The translations under genes and the position numbers were made by a program. From assembly GCA_963839205.1 (NCBI GenBank), contig CAWITU010000002.1, forward strand, positions 148,627-212,626: DNA of 64,000 nt, in the 5' to 3' direction. The notes under the pieces are model-generated. The model did not search any database, was not told where the DNA came from, and worked only from the letters and a program-made list of their open reading frames with translations. Origin of the DNA: an uncultured bacterium (GTDB taxonomy: Bacteria > Patescibacteriota > Minisyncoccia > Phycocordibacterales > CAWITU01). This document shows positions 1-9,913 of the stretch, in pieces (position 1 is the stretch's first letter; the number at the start of each line of letters is the position of its first letter).

Positions 1-270
1 GCAGGTGGAATAGTATATGTGAATCCAACCTATCCAACTGGGGGACAATTATCATCTGGAGTTTTTTTGAGTCAGGTTCCATACACTGGAGCAAGTTTAG
101 ACCTTAAAATGATTCTATTCCTTCTTGGCATGTTTATCTGGAGCGCTTTTGCAGCTTACTTTATAATCGGTTCTAGTAAAAAAAACCTCGTACTTTCCTC
201 AAATAACGACGATGTCTCCGATAGAATCCAAAAGTTCAAGCTTGAGAATTTGAGAAACAAGAAAATATAA
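1..270 (+). CDS. C-terminal part of a membrane-anchored/surface protein (5' end outside window)
   Basis: Frame is open to the window edge. It ends with ..LSQVPYTG, then a hydrophobic helix (ILFLLGMFIWSAFAAYFIIG), KK and a charged 35-aa tail. Confidence 0.4.
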   Translation, partial: AGGIVYVNPTYPTGGQLSSGVFLSQVPYTGASLDLKMILFLLGMFIWSAFAAYFIIGSSKKNLVLSSNNDDVSDRIQKFKLENLRNKKI

Positions 271-289
271 CCTTTGTTATAATTAATTT

Positions 290-829
290 ATGGATAATCC
301 AGAAATTGCGGTTTTCGGTGGTGGATGTTTTTGGTGTACCGAAGCAGTTTTTAAAATGCTTAAGGGAATAAATTCTGCCCAACCCGGGTATTCTGGTGGG
401 TATGTTGATAACCCAACTTATGACCAAGTTGTAAGTGGTACTACTGGTCATGCTGAAGTTGCTAAAGTGGAATTTGATCCAAAATTAATTTCATTTAGAG
501 ATCTTCTAACTGTATTTTTTGGAACTCATGATCCAACAACTTTTAACCGGCAGGGGAATGATGTCGGAGCCCAATACCGTTCAATGATTTTCTATGCCAA
601 TGAAGAACAGCGAAAAGAGGCGGAAGATTTTATCAAGGAAATTAATGAGTCTAATAAGGACGGCCGGCCAGTCGTTACTGAAGTGGTTCCACTTCAAAAA
701 TTCTGGCTGGCCGAAAACTATCATCAGGATTATTTCAGAACTCACCCTGGAAATCCATATTGCGAAATTGTCATTAATCCAAAACTTGAGAAGGTGCAAG
801 AACAGTTCTCTAAACTTTTGAAGGTGTAA
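290..829 (+). CDS. msrA: peptide-methionine (S)-S-oxide reductase MsrA
   Basis: GGCFWC active-site motif near the N-terminus. Full-length MsrA-like 179-aa ORF. Confidence 0.95.
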   Translation: MDNPEIAVFGGGCFWCTEAVFKMLKGINSAQPGYSGGYVDNPTYDQVVSGTTGHAEVAKVEFDPKLISFRDLLTVFFGTHDPTTFNRQGNDVGAQYRSMIFYANEEQRKEAEDFIKEINESNKDGRPVVTEVVPLQKFWLAENYHQDYFRTHPGNPYCEIVINPKLEKVQEQFSKLLKV

Positions 830-886
830 TATGTTGACTTAAACAACGTCCTAGATAATAATTAGAGTATCTAACTATTAATAAAC

Positions 887-2488
887 ATGAATAATTATTT
901 CAAGAAAGCTTTTGAGTTTATAAAAAAACCAGTAGGTATTATTTCGATCATTGTAGTGGTGGCGATCATCTCCATTGCTGTGGTTTTTATGATGTTATCT
1001 CCTAGTATTAAAAATAACATGTTTGTTGTTACTAAGCAGACTATAACAGATAACGTCTCTGCTACAGGCGCAATTAAGGCTGCTCAAAGTGTTGATTTAG
1101 CTTTTGTTGGATCGGGCCAAATATCTTCAATTAAAGTTGGTATAGGAGACCAAGTCACTGCTGGTCAGATTCTTCTGGAGCAAAATAACAATACTCTTTA
1201 TGCTTCACTTGAAGGAGCACAGGCAAATTTATCAGGGGAGGAAGCCACACTAAATCAATTAAAAATTGGTACAAGACCAGATCAGCTTGCCTTAGACGAA
1301 TCAGCTGTTTCGGCCGCCTCAACAAGTTTGGAACAATCTGAAAATGCTGTCCAGAGTGGAATTCAGAGCTCATATGTGGCGTCAGATGATGCAATTCATA
1401 ATCAGGTAGATCAATTTATGAATAATCCTCGAACTTCAAACCCGACGCTTGAGATAGTCGTAACAGACTCTTCTCTTCAGAATCAGATTGAAAGTGGACG
1501 TACTGTTGTTGAGGGAATTCTCTCAAATTGGCAAAGTAATTTAAGTACCTACCAATCAGACAGTGGAGCCAATCTAGATTCAGATGTTGTAACTGTTGAG
1601 ACGAACCTTTCTGCGATAACTGATTTCCTACAAAAAGTTTCAGAGGCTGTAAATAATATTACTCCATCTAATAACCCAAACCTTTCGCCAGCGACTATTA
1701 GTCAATATAAGTTAAGTATTACTACAGCAAGATCAAATGTTTCTGGTGCCTTATCTTCACTTATAGGTGGAGTTACAGCAGAAAAGGGAGCTGAATCAGC
1801 TTTGATTAGCGCAGAAGAATCACTCACCTTGGCTCAAAATGGTGCCACTGCGGATCAAATTGCTACTGAAGAATCCAAAGTTCAGGCAGACCAGGCTGTA
1901 GTTGATGGATACCAAGCTCAGATTGAAAATACAATTATGCGTGCTCCAATAGACGGTGTAATTACAAGACAAGATGCTAATCTTGGTGAAATTGCCACCC
2001 CTGGTACTACTCTTGTTTCTCTTGATTCAAATGCAAAGTTTCAAATGGATTTATATTTGTCAGAAAATGATATTGCGAATGTAAAAGTTGGACAACCTGC
2101 GACAGTAACTCTTGATGCACTTGCTTCTAGTACACCACTTTCTGCAACTGTCTTGAGTGTAAGTCCTGGGGCTCAAATGGAGAATGGAATGCTTTCCTAT
2201 AAGACAACTCTTCAAATTAATTCCGACGATCCGAGAGTAAAAGCCGGCATGAGTGCCAGTGCAAATATTACTGTGGGTAGTTCAACTGATGCACTTGTTA
2301 TTCCTCAAAGTGCGGTTATTACACAAGGTTCAAGCACTTACGTTCTCAAATATATGAATGGTTCGAAGCCAACGCTGGTGCCTGTAGCCCTTGGCCTGAA
2401 AGATGCTTCTGGCGTGGTCCAGGTACTATCTGGGCTCAATGAAGGAGATACAGTCGCAACATTTGGTTTAAACGCTTCAGGAAATTAA
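887..2488 (+). CDS. HlyD/membrane-fusion-family efflux adaptor protein
   Basis: N-terminal TM helix, lipoyl-like hairpin halves (VDLAFVGSGQISSIKV.., IMRAPIDGVITRQ), a long coiled-coil insert and a C-terminal beta-barrel-like region. Confidence 0.8.
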   Translation: MNNYFKKAFEFIKKPVGIISIIVVVAIISIAVVFMMLSPSIKNNMFVVTKQTITDNVSATGAIKAAQSVDLAFVGSGQISSIKVGIGDQVTAGQILLEQNNNTLYASLEGAQANLSGEEATLNQLKIGTRPDQLALDESAVSAASTSLEQSENAVQSGIQSSYVASDDAIHNQVDQFMNNPRTSNPTLEIVVTDSSLQNQIESGRTVVEGILSNWQSNLSTYQSDSGANLDSDVVTVETNLSAITDFLQKVSEAVNNITPSNNPNLSPATISQYKLSITTARSNVSGALSSLIGGVTAEKGAESALISAEESLTLAQNGATADQIATEESKVQADQAVVDGYQAQIENTIMRAPIDGVITRQDANLGEIATPGTTLVSLDSNAKFQMDLYLSENDIANVKVGQPATVTLDALASSTPLSATVLSVSPGAQMENGMLSYKTTLQINSDDPRVKAGMSASANITVGSSTDALVIPQSAVITQGSSTYVLKYMNGSKPTLVPVALGLKDASGVVQVLSGLNEGDTVATFGLNASGN

Positions 2489-2497
2489 AATAATAAT

Positions 2498-3211
2498 ATG
2501 AACAAGGAAGAAAAAATAATAAATAAAGAAGAAGAAATTTTGAACAGACTAGAAAAGGACGAAAAAATCCTGAAGGAAGATGAAAAGATCATCAAAAAAA
2601 ATAGCAGAAATGTTTGGATTAGTACTATTGTGTTGGCGGTTGTTATTATCGCAGCTACTGCCGGTCTTATCTATTGGAAAATTTCTTCCTCCCGCGTTTA
2701 TGTAGAAGATTCAACTATCACTGCACCTCTTATTGATTTAAGTCCTAGTGCTCCCGGCACTCTTCAGGCTGTTTATGTTAATGAAGGTGACACAATTGCC
2801 GCAAATACTCCAGTTGCTGAAGTTGGAACCAGTCTTATTTTTTCAAAAGTTGGAGGGGTTGTAGTAACTGTTAGAAATGATATCGGAAAGCTTGTAAATG
2901 CTGGCGATCCGGTTGTTACCATGATAGACCCAACTCAACTTCGAGTCGTCGGTCAGGTTCAGGAAGATAAAGGACTAAGTCAGATTGCTGTTGGTGATCC
3001 AGTTCAATTTACAGTTGATGCATTTGGTAGCCAAACATTTGATGGCGTTGTTGACGAAATTAGTCCAACCTCAGAAGCTTCGGATATTGTTTTTAGTATT
3101 TCAGATCAAAGAGAAGAACAAAATTTTGATGTGAAAGTACGTTTCGATACGTCAGAGTACAGTCAACTAAAAAATGGTATGTCTGCCAAGATGTGGATCT
3201 ATCATCAATAG
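2498..3211 (+). CDS. HlyD-family secretion/adaptor protein (EmrA-like position)
   Basis: KE-rich N-terminus, single TM, lipoyl-like motif (GTLQAVYVNEGDTI). Lies directly upstream of the MFS pump. Confidence 0.7.
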   Translation: MNKEEKIINKEEEILNRLEKDEKILKEDEKIIKKNSRNVWISTIVLAVVIIAATAGLIYWKISSSRVYVEDSTITAPLIDLSPSAPGTLQAVYVNEGDTIAANTPVAEVGTSLIFSKVGGVVVTVRNDIGKLVNAGDPVVTMIDPTQLRVVGQVQEDKGLSQIAVGDPVQFTVDAFGSQTFDGVVDEISPTSEASDIVFSISDQREEQNFDVKVRFDTSEYSQLKNGMSAKMWIYHQ

Positions 3212-3222
3212 AAAGCTAAATC

Positions 3223-4698
3223 ATGGATAAAACTACCCACAAGTGGATGATACTCACAACAGTTATCATAGGGACTTTTCTTGGTCGATTAGACCAAACG
3301 ATTGTTGGACTTGCTTTACCAAAAATCATCATAGACTTTGCGATTACTGTTACCGCCGCAGGTTGGATATCAACTGCTTATATTTTAGCTAACTCAATTT
3401 TTGTGCCAGTGTGGGGTAAGTTGGGAGACACCGTAGGTAGAAAAAAAATATACATACTTGGTTTTTCAATTTTTATTTTTGGTTCAGCTCTTGCGGGATT
3501 TTCATGGAATTTGGGATCAATGATTGTTTTTAGAATTATTCAGGCCATCGCCGCTTCAGCTGATTATCCAACGGCTATGGCTATTATTGCCGTGACTTTT
3601 GAACAGGGTAGAGAGCGCGCACAGGCGTTAGGCATTTGGACTTCTTCTTTTGCCGCCGCTGCAGTTTTTGGTCCTATAATTGGGGGACCATTGATTGACC
3701 TATTTGGTTGGAGATCAATATTTTTAGTTAACATACCGATTGGTATTATAGGAATACTCATGGCACTTTCGTACGTTCACGAATCTGTTTCGGATAGACC
3801 TACTTTCAAATTTGATATCTGGGGAGCTGTAACTTTGGGTGGTGCTCTTTCAACATTAACCTTAGTACTTGACCAAGGAAATACTTGGGGATGGTTCTCT
3901 CTTGATAGCCTTCTTTGTTATGCTGGCAGTATTTTGTTTGGAACAATCTTTTATTTTATTGAAAAAAATCATGAAGATCCGATTGTCGACTTTAAATTCT
4001 TCCAAGACTCTATTTTTGTTAATGTTCTTGGAAATAATTTTATAGTCTTCATGGGAATGTTCGGGGGAATATTTTTAATTCCAATTTTTGCCCAAACATT
4101 TCTTGGTTACACAGCCACAGAGTCTGGATTTCTACTAATGCCAATGGCCGCAGGTATTATGCTAGCTTCTCCTATTGGAGGTATGTTTGTTGGCCGTATA
4201 CAGCCGAAATATGTCATTTTTGCGAGTACCATTGTTGCTGGTATAAGTATTTATTTTCTATCTCATCTTGATCCGAGAAGTGGTCCGTTTGCAATTATGA
4301 TTCCGATGTTCTTTATGGCACTGGGTATGGGCTTTGGAATGCCACAAAGAACCGGTATCATCGCTTCAATCGTTCCAACTGCTGAGATCGGTATTGCCTC
4401 ATCAGTGTTAGCACTAGTTAGAAATATAGCTGGAGCTTTTGGTATTGCCATCTTCTCTGCAATTCTTAATACAACAGAAGGTGCTAACATTCTTCAATTT
4501 GCTAGAAATGCAGTTGTCAATACGACCGACCCAAATGTTTTGAAGGAAGTGACAAGTCTAATAATACTCAGAGCCCAAATCTCATCTTATGATTATGTCT
4601 TTGTAGTTGCCTCTATTGTTATTATCGTTGGAGCATTCACTGTTTTGTTTATGAAACCTATTGTCGAACAAAAAGGTACCAGTGTTATGGTTGAATAA
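3223..4698 (+). CDS. MFS transporter, DHA2 (EmrB/QacA-like, 14-TM) family
   Basis: 491 aa, about 14 hydrophobic helices, MFS motif-A-like GKLGDTVGRKK. Confidence 0.9.
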   Translation: MDKTTHKWMILTTVIIGTFLGRLDQTIVGLALPKIIIDFAITVTAAGWISTAYILANSIFVPVWGKLGDTVGRKKIYILGFSIFIFGSALAGFSWNLGSMIVFRIIQAIAASADYPTAMAIIAVTFEQGRERAQALGIWTSSFAAAAVFGPIIGGPLIDLFGWRSIFLVNIPIGIIGILMALSYVHESVSDRPTFKFDIWGAVTLGGALSTLTLVLDQGNTWGWFSLDSLLCYAGSILFGTIFYFIEKNHEDPIVDFKFFQDSIFVNVLGNNFIVFMGMFGGIFLIPIFAQTFLGYTATESGFLLMPMAAGIMLASPIGGMFVGRIQPKYVIFASTIVAGISIYFLSHLDPRSGPFAIMIPMFFMALGMGFGMPQRTGIIASIVPTAEIGIASSVLALVRNIAGAFGIAIFSAILNTTEGANILQFARNAVVNTTDPNVLKEVTSLIILRAQISSYDYVFVVASIVIIVGAFTVLFMKPIVEQKGTSVMVE

Positions 4699-4702
4699 AA
4701 AT

Positions 4703-5128
4703 ATGAAAGATAAACAATTTAACACATTAATACCACTTCTATTTAATGTCTCTCGTCTTATTCGAGAGAGGACGGATTCGGTGCGCCCTGACCTTGTTTC
4801 AGCACTTCGCTTGGAAACACTCCGATTCATTGAGGAGAAAAAACCAACCATGAAAGAACTTTCTGAATTCCTGCGAATTACACCACCTTCAACAACTACA
4901 CTTGTTAAATCATTGTGTAGTAAAAAACTTGTTATGCAGAAACACGAACCTAAAGATAAAAGAACGGTACGACTGTCCGTTACGAAATTAGGCAAACAAT
5001 CAATGGACAAATGCACATCAGGAAAGGTCATTTTCTTGAAAAAATTCTTCAATCATTTAACTTCGGGAGAACTAAAAATGATTATCTCAATTCTTAAAAG
5101 ACTACAGAAACAATATCAAACTTTATAA
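4703..5128 (+). CDS. MarR-family transcriptional regulator
   Basis: Winged-helix pattern (PTMKELSEFLRITPPSTTTLVKSLCSKKLV..DKRTVRLSVT). Start placed at ATG 4703 rather than the tracked 4661, to avoid overlap with the MFS gene. Confidence 0.8.
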   Translation: MKDKQFNTLIPLLFNVSRLIRERTDSVRPDLVSALRLETLRFIEEKKPTMKELSEFLRITPPSTTTLVKSLCSKKLVMQKHEPKDKRTVRLSVTKLGKQSMDKCTSGKVIFLKKFFNHLTSGELKMIISILKRLQKQYQTL

Positions 5129-6097
5129 ATTTTGGTTTGCCAAAATGCTTTTAACCATATTAATTGGAATAGCAAAGCTAATGTTGTTGGAGCCTACTGC
5201 GGTCGCTACGTTAATGGCAATTACGTTGCCAGAAAGATCTAGAAGAGGCCCTCCGGAATTGCCTGGATTAATAGCAGCATCGGTTTGAATTACACCTGTC
5301 AGTTGTTCGGTTGTTCCATTTTCGTCACTGGCTTCAATCGTTCTGTTAAGTCCTGAAATAACTCCAACAGACACCGAGTTGTTGTATTCCCCAAGAGCAT
5401 TTCCAATCGCAGCAACGCTTTGCCCAAGTTTTAATGTTGATGAATCTCCAAAGGAGACTACTGGATAACCAGTACCGTCTATTTTTACAACCGCAATGTC
5501 ATAGGTTGGGTCCCTGTATACAACAGTTGCGGTTTTTTGGCTACCGTTTGAAAGAAGTACTGTATAGACAGCGTTTGTGTCCGGAACCACGTGTTTATTT
5601 GTCACAATATACCCATTTGACCTAATAAAAAAACCTGTACCGGCAGCAACTTTTTGTAATGATTCTCCAATTTGTTTATAAACTGGAATTTGAATTCCAA
5701 AATTTTGATAATTAGGATCATTACCAAAAGGGTTCTCATAAGTTACCTGAAGTTGGGGAACATCTTCTGATTCAACAATTGAAACGACTTCAGGTGATAC
5801 TTTTGCAACCGCCGTAGTTAAAAGATTCTGACTAGAGTCAGATGCCACAGATTGGGAGTTTTGCTTCAGAGCTTCTGCTGTCTGAGTTTGTATTTTATTT
5901 ATAGTGGATGCTTCGCTTGAGGAGGAACTTAATATTGTGCTCTGAAAATTGTCCAATTCGTGTGTAAGCAGGGATACTTTTGAATTCAAATTATTAATTT
6001 CTTTAAAAACGTATACCCCTGAAATAACTGCGGCGATAGCCAATACTGCAACAACAGATATTAAAATTACCCTTATTTTTATATATTCTTTAAACAT
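5123..6097 (-). CDS. membrane-anchored trypsin-like serine protease (S1C/HtrA-like, no clear PDZ)
   Basis: N-terminal TM. Catalytic motifs TNKHV (His) and GNSGGPLLD (Ser). Confidence 0.85.
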   Translation of the reverse strand: MFKEYIKIRVILISVVAVLAIAAVISGVYVFKEINNLNSKVSLLTHELDNFQSTILSSSSSEASTINKIQTQTAEALKQNSQSVASDSSQNLLTTAVAKVSPEVVSIVESEDVPQLQVTYENPFGNDPNYQNFGIQIPVYKQIGESLQKVAAGTGFFIRSNGYIVTNKHVVPDTNAVYTVLLSNGSQKTATVVYRDPTYDIAVVKIDGTGYPVVSFGDSSTLKLGQSVAAIGNALGEYNNSVSVGVISGLNRTIEASDENGTTEQLTGVIQTDAAINPGNSGGPLLDLSGNVIAINVATAVGSNNISFAIPINMVKSILANQNL

Positions 6098-6178
6098 TTT
6101 ATATATTTACGATACTAAGACTAAATTAGTTGCTACTCATGACAAATCAAAATATGCCACTATGATATACTAAATTAT

Positions 6179-6646
6179 ATGACAAATACTCCACAAAGTG
6201 AGGCGGCAGACCTTAAAAGAAGAGAGGCCGAACACCAGCGACAAGAACAAGAGAGAAAGGATAAAGATCATAAAATGATTGATTTGAACCTTAAAAAAGG
6301 TTTGATTATTTCAACTGACAGAGAAATTAGAAGCAAGGAAGCTGAACTGGTTACTCTGTCTAGAGAATTAGCTGAACTAAAAAAGAAGGGGGACAGAAAT
6401 GTCCAAGATACTCGGGAGATTGATCAAAAAATTGAATTAGATAAGAAAGAGGTATCTAATCTGGAAAATGAAATATCACGACTTGTACAAGAGAAAAATA
6501 TTAATGAGAGAAGTATGGGGTCTGGGTCTAAGACTGCCACTATTGAAACAAAAATTAGAAATCTGCAAACACAGGTAGACCAACTAAATAAAAATAAAGA
6601 AACTCTGACTAGGGAAGCGAGTGAGCTAGAACGACTGGTGAGATAA
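6179..6646 (+). CDS. coiled-coil hypothetical protein
   Basis: 155-aa ORF rich in K/E/Q with heptad-like periodicity. No recognisable domain. Confidence 0.5.
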   Translation: MTNTPQSEAADLKRREAEHQRQEQERKDKDHKMIDLNLKKGLIISTDREIRSKEAELVTLSRELAELKKKGDRNVQDTREIDQKIELDKKEVSNLENEISRLVQEKNINERSMGSGSKTATIETKIRNLQTQVDQLNKNKETLTREASELERLVR

Positions 6647-7958
6647 GTGGGCAGATTTTTATAGGTAATTGAATTGTAAAACAAGTACCCTTGTTTGAGC
6701 TCTGAACTGAAATTTCTCCTGAAAAATCTTTCTCAATAATTTCTTTGGTAATTGAAAGGCCGAGACCAATACCTTTGTCTGCTGGTTTAGTACTAAAAAA
6801 TGGTTCAAATATTCGGCCAATATTTTCTTCCCTGATACCTTGACCGGTATCTTTTATTTTTATTATGGACATAGTTTTTTCCTTTTTAAGAATGATTGAT
6901 ACTGAAAAGTTCTTGTTGTTATCCGTTGATGAATCTAGAGCATTTGAAATTATATTGGTAATCATTTGGTTAAACCTTAGTGGATTTCCATACAGAACTG
7001 TATTCTTGTGCAAATCAGTGTGAATTCTAGCTTTACAGATTTTGGTCTTGTATGAAAAAACATCTATCACTTTTTGTATTTCCTCATAAGGATTAAAGAT
7101 TTCGCTTAGCTCCTTAGTCTGAATTTGATTTTGAGCAGCACACATAAATTTTTCAATTCGAGAAGCAATCTGTAAGGCGTTAGTAACATGTGAATCGCAA
7201 GTCTTTATTTCTTTAACATTTAAAATCATAGCCGAAAGAGGATTTATTATGTCGTGGAAAATTCCCGAAGATAATCTACCAAATTCAACAAAACGGTAGA
7301 GTTGAGACATTTTCTCAAATTCAGCATGCCTAAGTTCCTCCGTCCTAATTTTCACGATTGTCTCCAAAGAGTCTCTTTCCTTTTGTAATTTTACTTCTTC
7401 TAATGATTTGAAAATTTCTGTATTGTAGAGCCAGGAAATTCCCATAATTAGAAAATAGGTAATTATAAAAGGAAAAATATCATCAAAATCTATGGAATCA
7501 GTTCTCCAGCCTTGGTCCATCTGAATAATTCCGCGTGTATCGGTAAACCATAATATAAGTACTGTGAATGAAATGATGCCGGTCATTATAAACCCATACC
7601 TAGTGCCACATAGTATGTTTGAAACTACTATGACTAACGCATAACCTAAAATCGCTGCTGGTAAATTAATGCCCCATATATAGGAAAGGTAAGTGGGACT
7701 CAATAAATAGATCCACGTTAATTCGTAAGCAGCAGCCTCATAATATTTTGCTTTATATGTAGCTGAGACAAAAAGGAGAAGGCAAAGAAGAATGCCAAAA
7801 TCTGTAAGGTGCCAATTATTGTGAACTGAATTACGAATAATTTTATCTACTATAAACGCAAATTCTATGCCACCTATACATATGACAGAAAATATTAAAA
7901 GAATTTTAAGTATAAACCTTTGCCGATAAGTTTCTTCTAAATTCATTTTAAATCTCAA
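6609..7958 (-). CDS. sensor histidine kinase
   Basis: Multi-TM N-terminus, H-box FHDIINPLSAM, G-boxes DTGQGI and GIGLGLSI. Confidence 0.85.
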   Translation of the reverse strand: MRFKMNLEETYRQRFILKILLIFSVICIGGIEFAFIVDKIIRNSVHNNWHLTDFGILLCLLLFVSATYKAKYYEAAAYELTWIYLLSPTYLSYIWGINLPAAILGYALVIVVSNILCGTRYGFIMTGIISFTVLILWFTDTRGIIQMDQGWRTDSIDFDDIFPFIITYFLIMGISWLYNTEIFKSLEEVKLQKERDSLETIVKIRTEELRHAEFEKMSQLYRFVEFGRLSSGIFHDIINPLSAMILNVKEIKTCDSHVTNALQIASRIEKFMCAAQNQIQTKELSEIFNPYEEIQKVIDVFSYKTKICKARIHTDLHKNTVLYGNPLRFNQMITNIISNALDSSTDNNKNFSVSIILKKEKTMSIIKIKDTGQGIREENIGRIFEPFFSTKPADKGIGLGLSITKEIIEKDFSGEISVQSSNKGTCFTIQLPIKICPLISPVVLAHSLP

Positions 7959-8613
7959 GCTTGTAGCCCCTTCCTGGTAATGTTTTAATCATTTTTTTCT
8001 TGCCAGTATCAACTTTCTTACGAAGATTTAAAATATGAGCCTCAATTGTGTTTGAAAAAGGATCGCTCTCTCTGTTCCAGACATGCTCCAAAATCATTTC
8101 TCTCGATAAAACTTTTCCAACATTCCCCATCATGTATTCTAATAAAGAGAATTCTTTTCTTGTTAGATATATTTCACGTTTGTTTCTAATTACTCTTTGA
8201 GTCGATGGATCAAGTGTTAAATCAAGAATCTTCAAAATTGTTGGTTTAATTGTTGGGGGCCTACGGAGGATTGCCCGCACTCGAGCTAAAACTTCTTCAA
8301 AGAAGAAAGGTTTGGTTATATAATCATCAGCCCCCATATTAAGAATGCCAGTCTTAAGGGCTACCCCAGTTTTGACCGAAAGCATAATAATTGGTATTTC
8401 TTTGCCAGACGCTCGAATCTCCTGACAAATTTGAAAGCCGTCTTTTTTTGGTAAAACATTATCAAGCAGGATAATATCGTAACTATTTGTTCTAGCTAAA
8501 TAGGAACCCTCTTCTCCATCTTCGGAACCGTCAACCGCAAAGGAAGCTTGCTCAAAACCATTTTGGAGAGCATTTAGTATGTCTGGGTCATCTTCTACAA
8601 TAAGCATTCTCAT
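7948..8613 (-). CDS. OmpR/PhoB-family response regulator
   Basis: Receiver domain (LIVEDDPD ... ILLDNVLP ... K) plus winged helix (LTRKEFSLLEYMM). Its 3' end overlaps the start of the downstream kinase gene. Confidence 0.95.
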   Translation of the reverse strand: MRMLIVEDDPDILNALQNGFEQASFAVDGSEDGEEGSYLARTNSYDIILLDNVLPKKDGFQICQEIRASGKEIPIIMLSVKTGVALKTGILNMGADDYITKPFFFEEVLARVRAILRRPPTIKPTILKILDLTLDPSTQRVIRNKREIYLTRKEFSLLEYMMGNVGKVLSREMILEHVWNRESDPFSNTIEAHILNLRKKVDTGKKKMIKTLPGRGYKLEI

Positions 8614-8719
8614 ATTTTTATGAAAATTTAGTAAATAGAATATAAATTATACAACGAATAAAGTTAAAAATGTCAAAAAGTTGTCTTCATAATTTCTTCA
8701 TCTTTTTTACGAATGAAAA

Positions 8720-8747
8720 GGCGCTGGGCAAAATTATGCCCAGCGCC
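8720..8747 (-). terminator. rho-independent terminator after the 8764-9165 gene
   Basis: GGCGCTGGGC / GCCCAGCGCC 10-bp GC stem followed on the minus strand by TTTTC. Confidence 0.6.
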
Positions 8748-8763
8748 TGATTTTAGAGACTAC

Positions 8764-9165
8764 TTAGTTGGTGACTTCTAGTGGCGTATAAAGCCACTTT
8801 GGAACAGCGAGCTCACCCTCGGTCGAGATGGTGATAAGAGGATGCTCTTGGCCGATAGCCAGCAGAACCTTCTTGGTGTGGCTTTCCCAGTTCGGATCGA
8901 AGACCTCATTGTGGAGTCCTTCAAAGCAACTGTCTGCATCACTGCGGTCAAAGAAGAGTCCGACTGGTGGGAAGGCATGCATGGCACGCCGGCTCTTACC
9001 TAATTCCTCCAGTCTTTTGGGCGGTTCCGACAAAGGAGCTCTCTGGTGGTTAACCATATTGTATTTGAAGAGCCCCTGGCTAGTGATCGCAACGTAGAAG
9101 CCTCCTTGCAGGATTCCAGCCACAGGAATCATGGGATTCTTCTTGCCAGGCTGTTTTATGGCCAT
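8764..9165 (-). CDS. hypothetical protein in a GC-richer islet
   Basis: Start chosen at ATG 9163-9165, 8 nt after a GGAGG motif. Composition is visibly GC-richer than the flanks, which gives shadow ORFs on both strands. No domain recognised. Confidence 0.5.
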   Translation of the reverse strand: MAIKQPGKKNPMIPVAGILQGGFYVAITSQGLFKYNMVNHQRAPLSEPPKRLEELGKSRRAMHAFPPVGLFFDRSDADSCFEGLHNEVFDPNWESHTKKVLLAIGQEHPLITISTEGELAVPKWLYTPLEVTN

Positions 9166-9329
9166 TTTCATGACCTCCGGACTTGTGACCAAATCTATGA
9201 CCTTAATACGAAATATGGAGTACAACGTGACAAAATAAAATTGACCGACAAAAAAAGTTTCATAATTTAAAGTACTGACAACCTTTCTTGAGGCTGACAT
9301 TACCATCATTCCTTGTAATGTCAATAAAT

Positions 9330-9764
9330 TTATAGAGCCGATTTTATTAAATCGGAAATTGATTTTAATTCTGATTCAGGAGTATTTTCTCTTGGGCCTG
9401 GTCTATATAAAAATTTTCTTGGTTCATATTCTGTTATGCCCTCGTCACCACTTTTTCTTGGAAGCATGTGTAGGTGAAAGTGGGGAATTGACTGACCAGC
9501 AATTTTTTCTTCATTCCAGGCATAATTAAAACCTTGAGCACCAAAAGTTTTCGCTAATGCTGATTTCAATTTAATTCTAATTTCCTCAATCGCTTCTTTT
9601 TCGGCTAGTGTCAGATCTTCATATTTTGCTACACAACGAATTGGAAGGATTAGTGTGTGGCCAGGAACTACTGGAATATTTGTCGGAATTGCCCAAGCAG
9701 ACTCATTGCGAATGATTTCTCTTTCTTTTACTTCGGCTGAATTGCAATAAATGCAGGCTTCCAT
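9330..9764 (-). CDS. HIT-family (histidine triad) protein
   Basis: HFHLHMLP histidine-triad motif and an N-terminal CxxC. Confidence 0.9.
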   Translation of the reverse strand: MEACIYCNSAEVKEREIIRNESAWAIPTNIPVVPGHTLILPIRCVAKYEDLTLAEKEAIEEIRIKLKSALAKTFGAQGFNYAWNEEKIAGQSIPHFHLHMLPRKSGDEGITEYEPRKFLYRPGPRENTPESELKSISDLIKSAL

Positions 9765-9913
9765 GCATAGGATTCTATAGTATGAACTTTATAAAACAAG
9801 CAAAATCGGCATTTTAGATGAAATTTTTCTGAAAAAAGTCTAAAAAAGTCCTGAATGACGGCTTAAGATATGAGCGGTTGCATAACGAAATAAGCTATGG
9901 TACTCTTTCGCCT

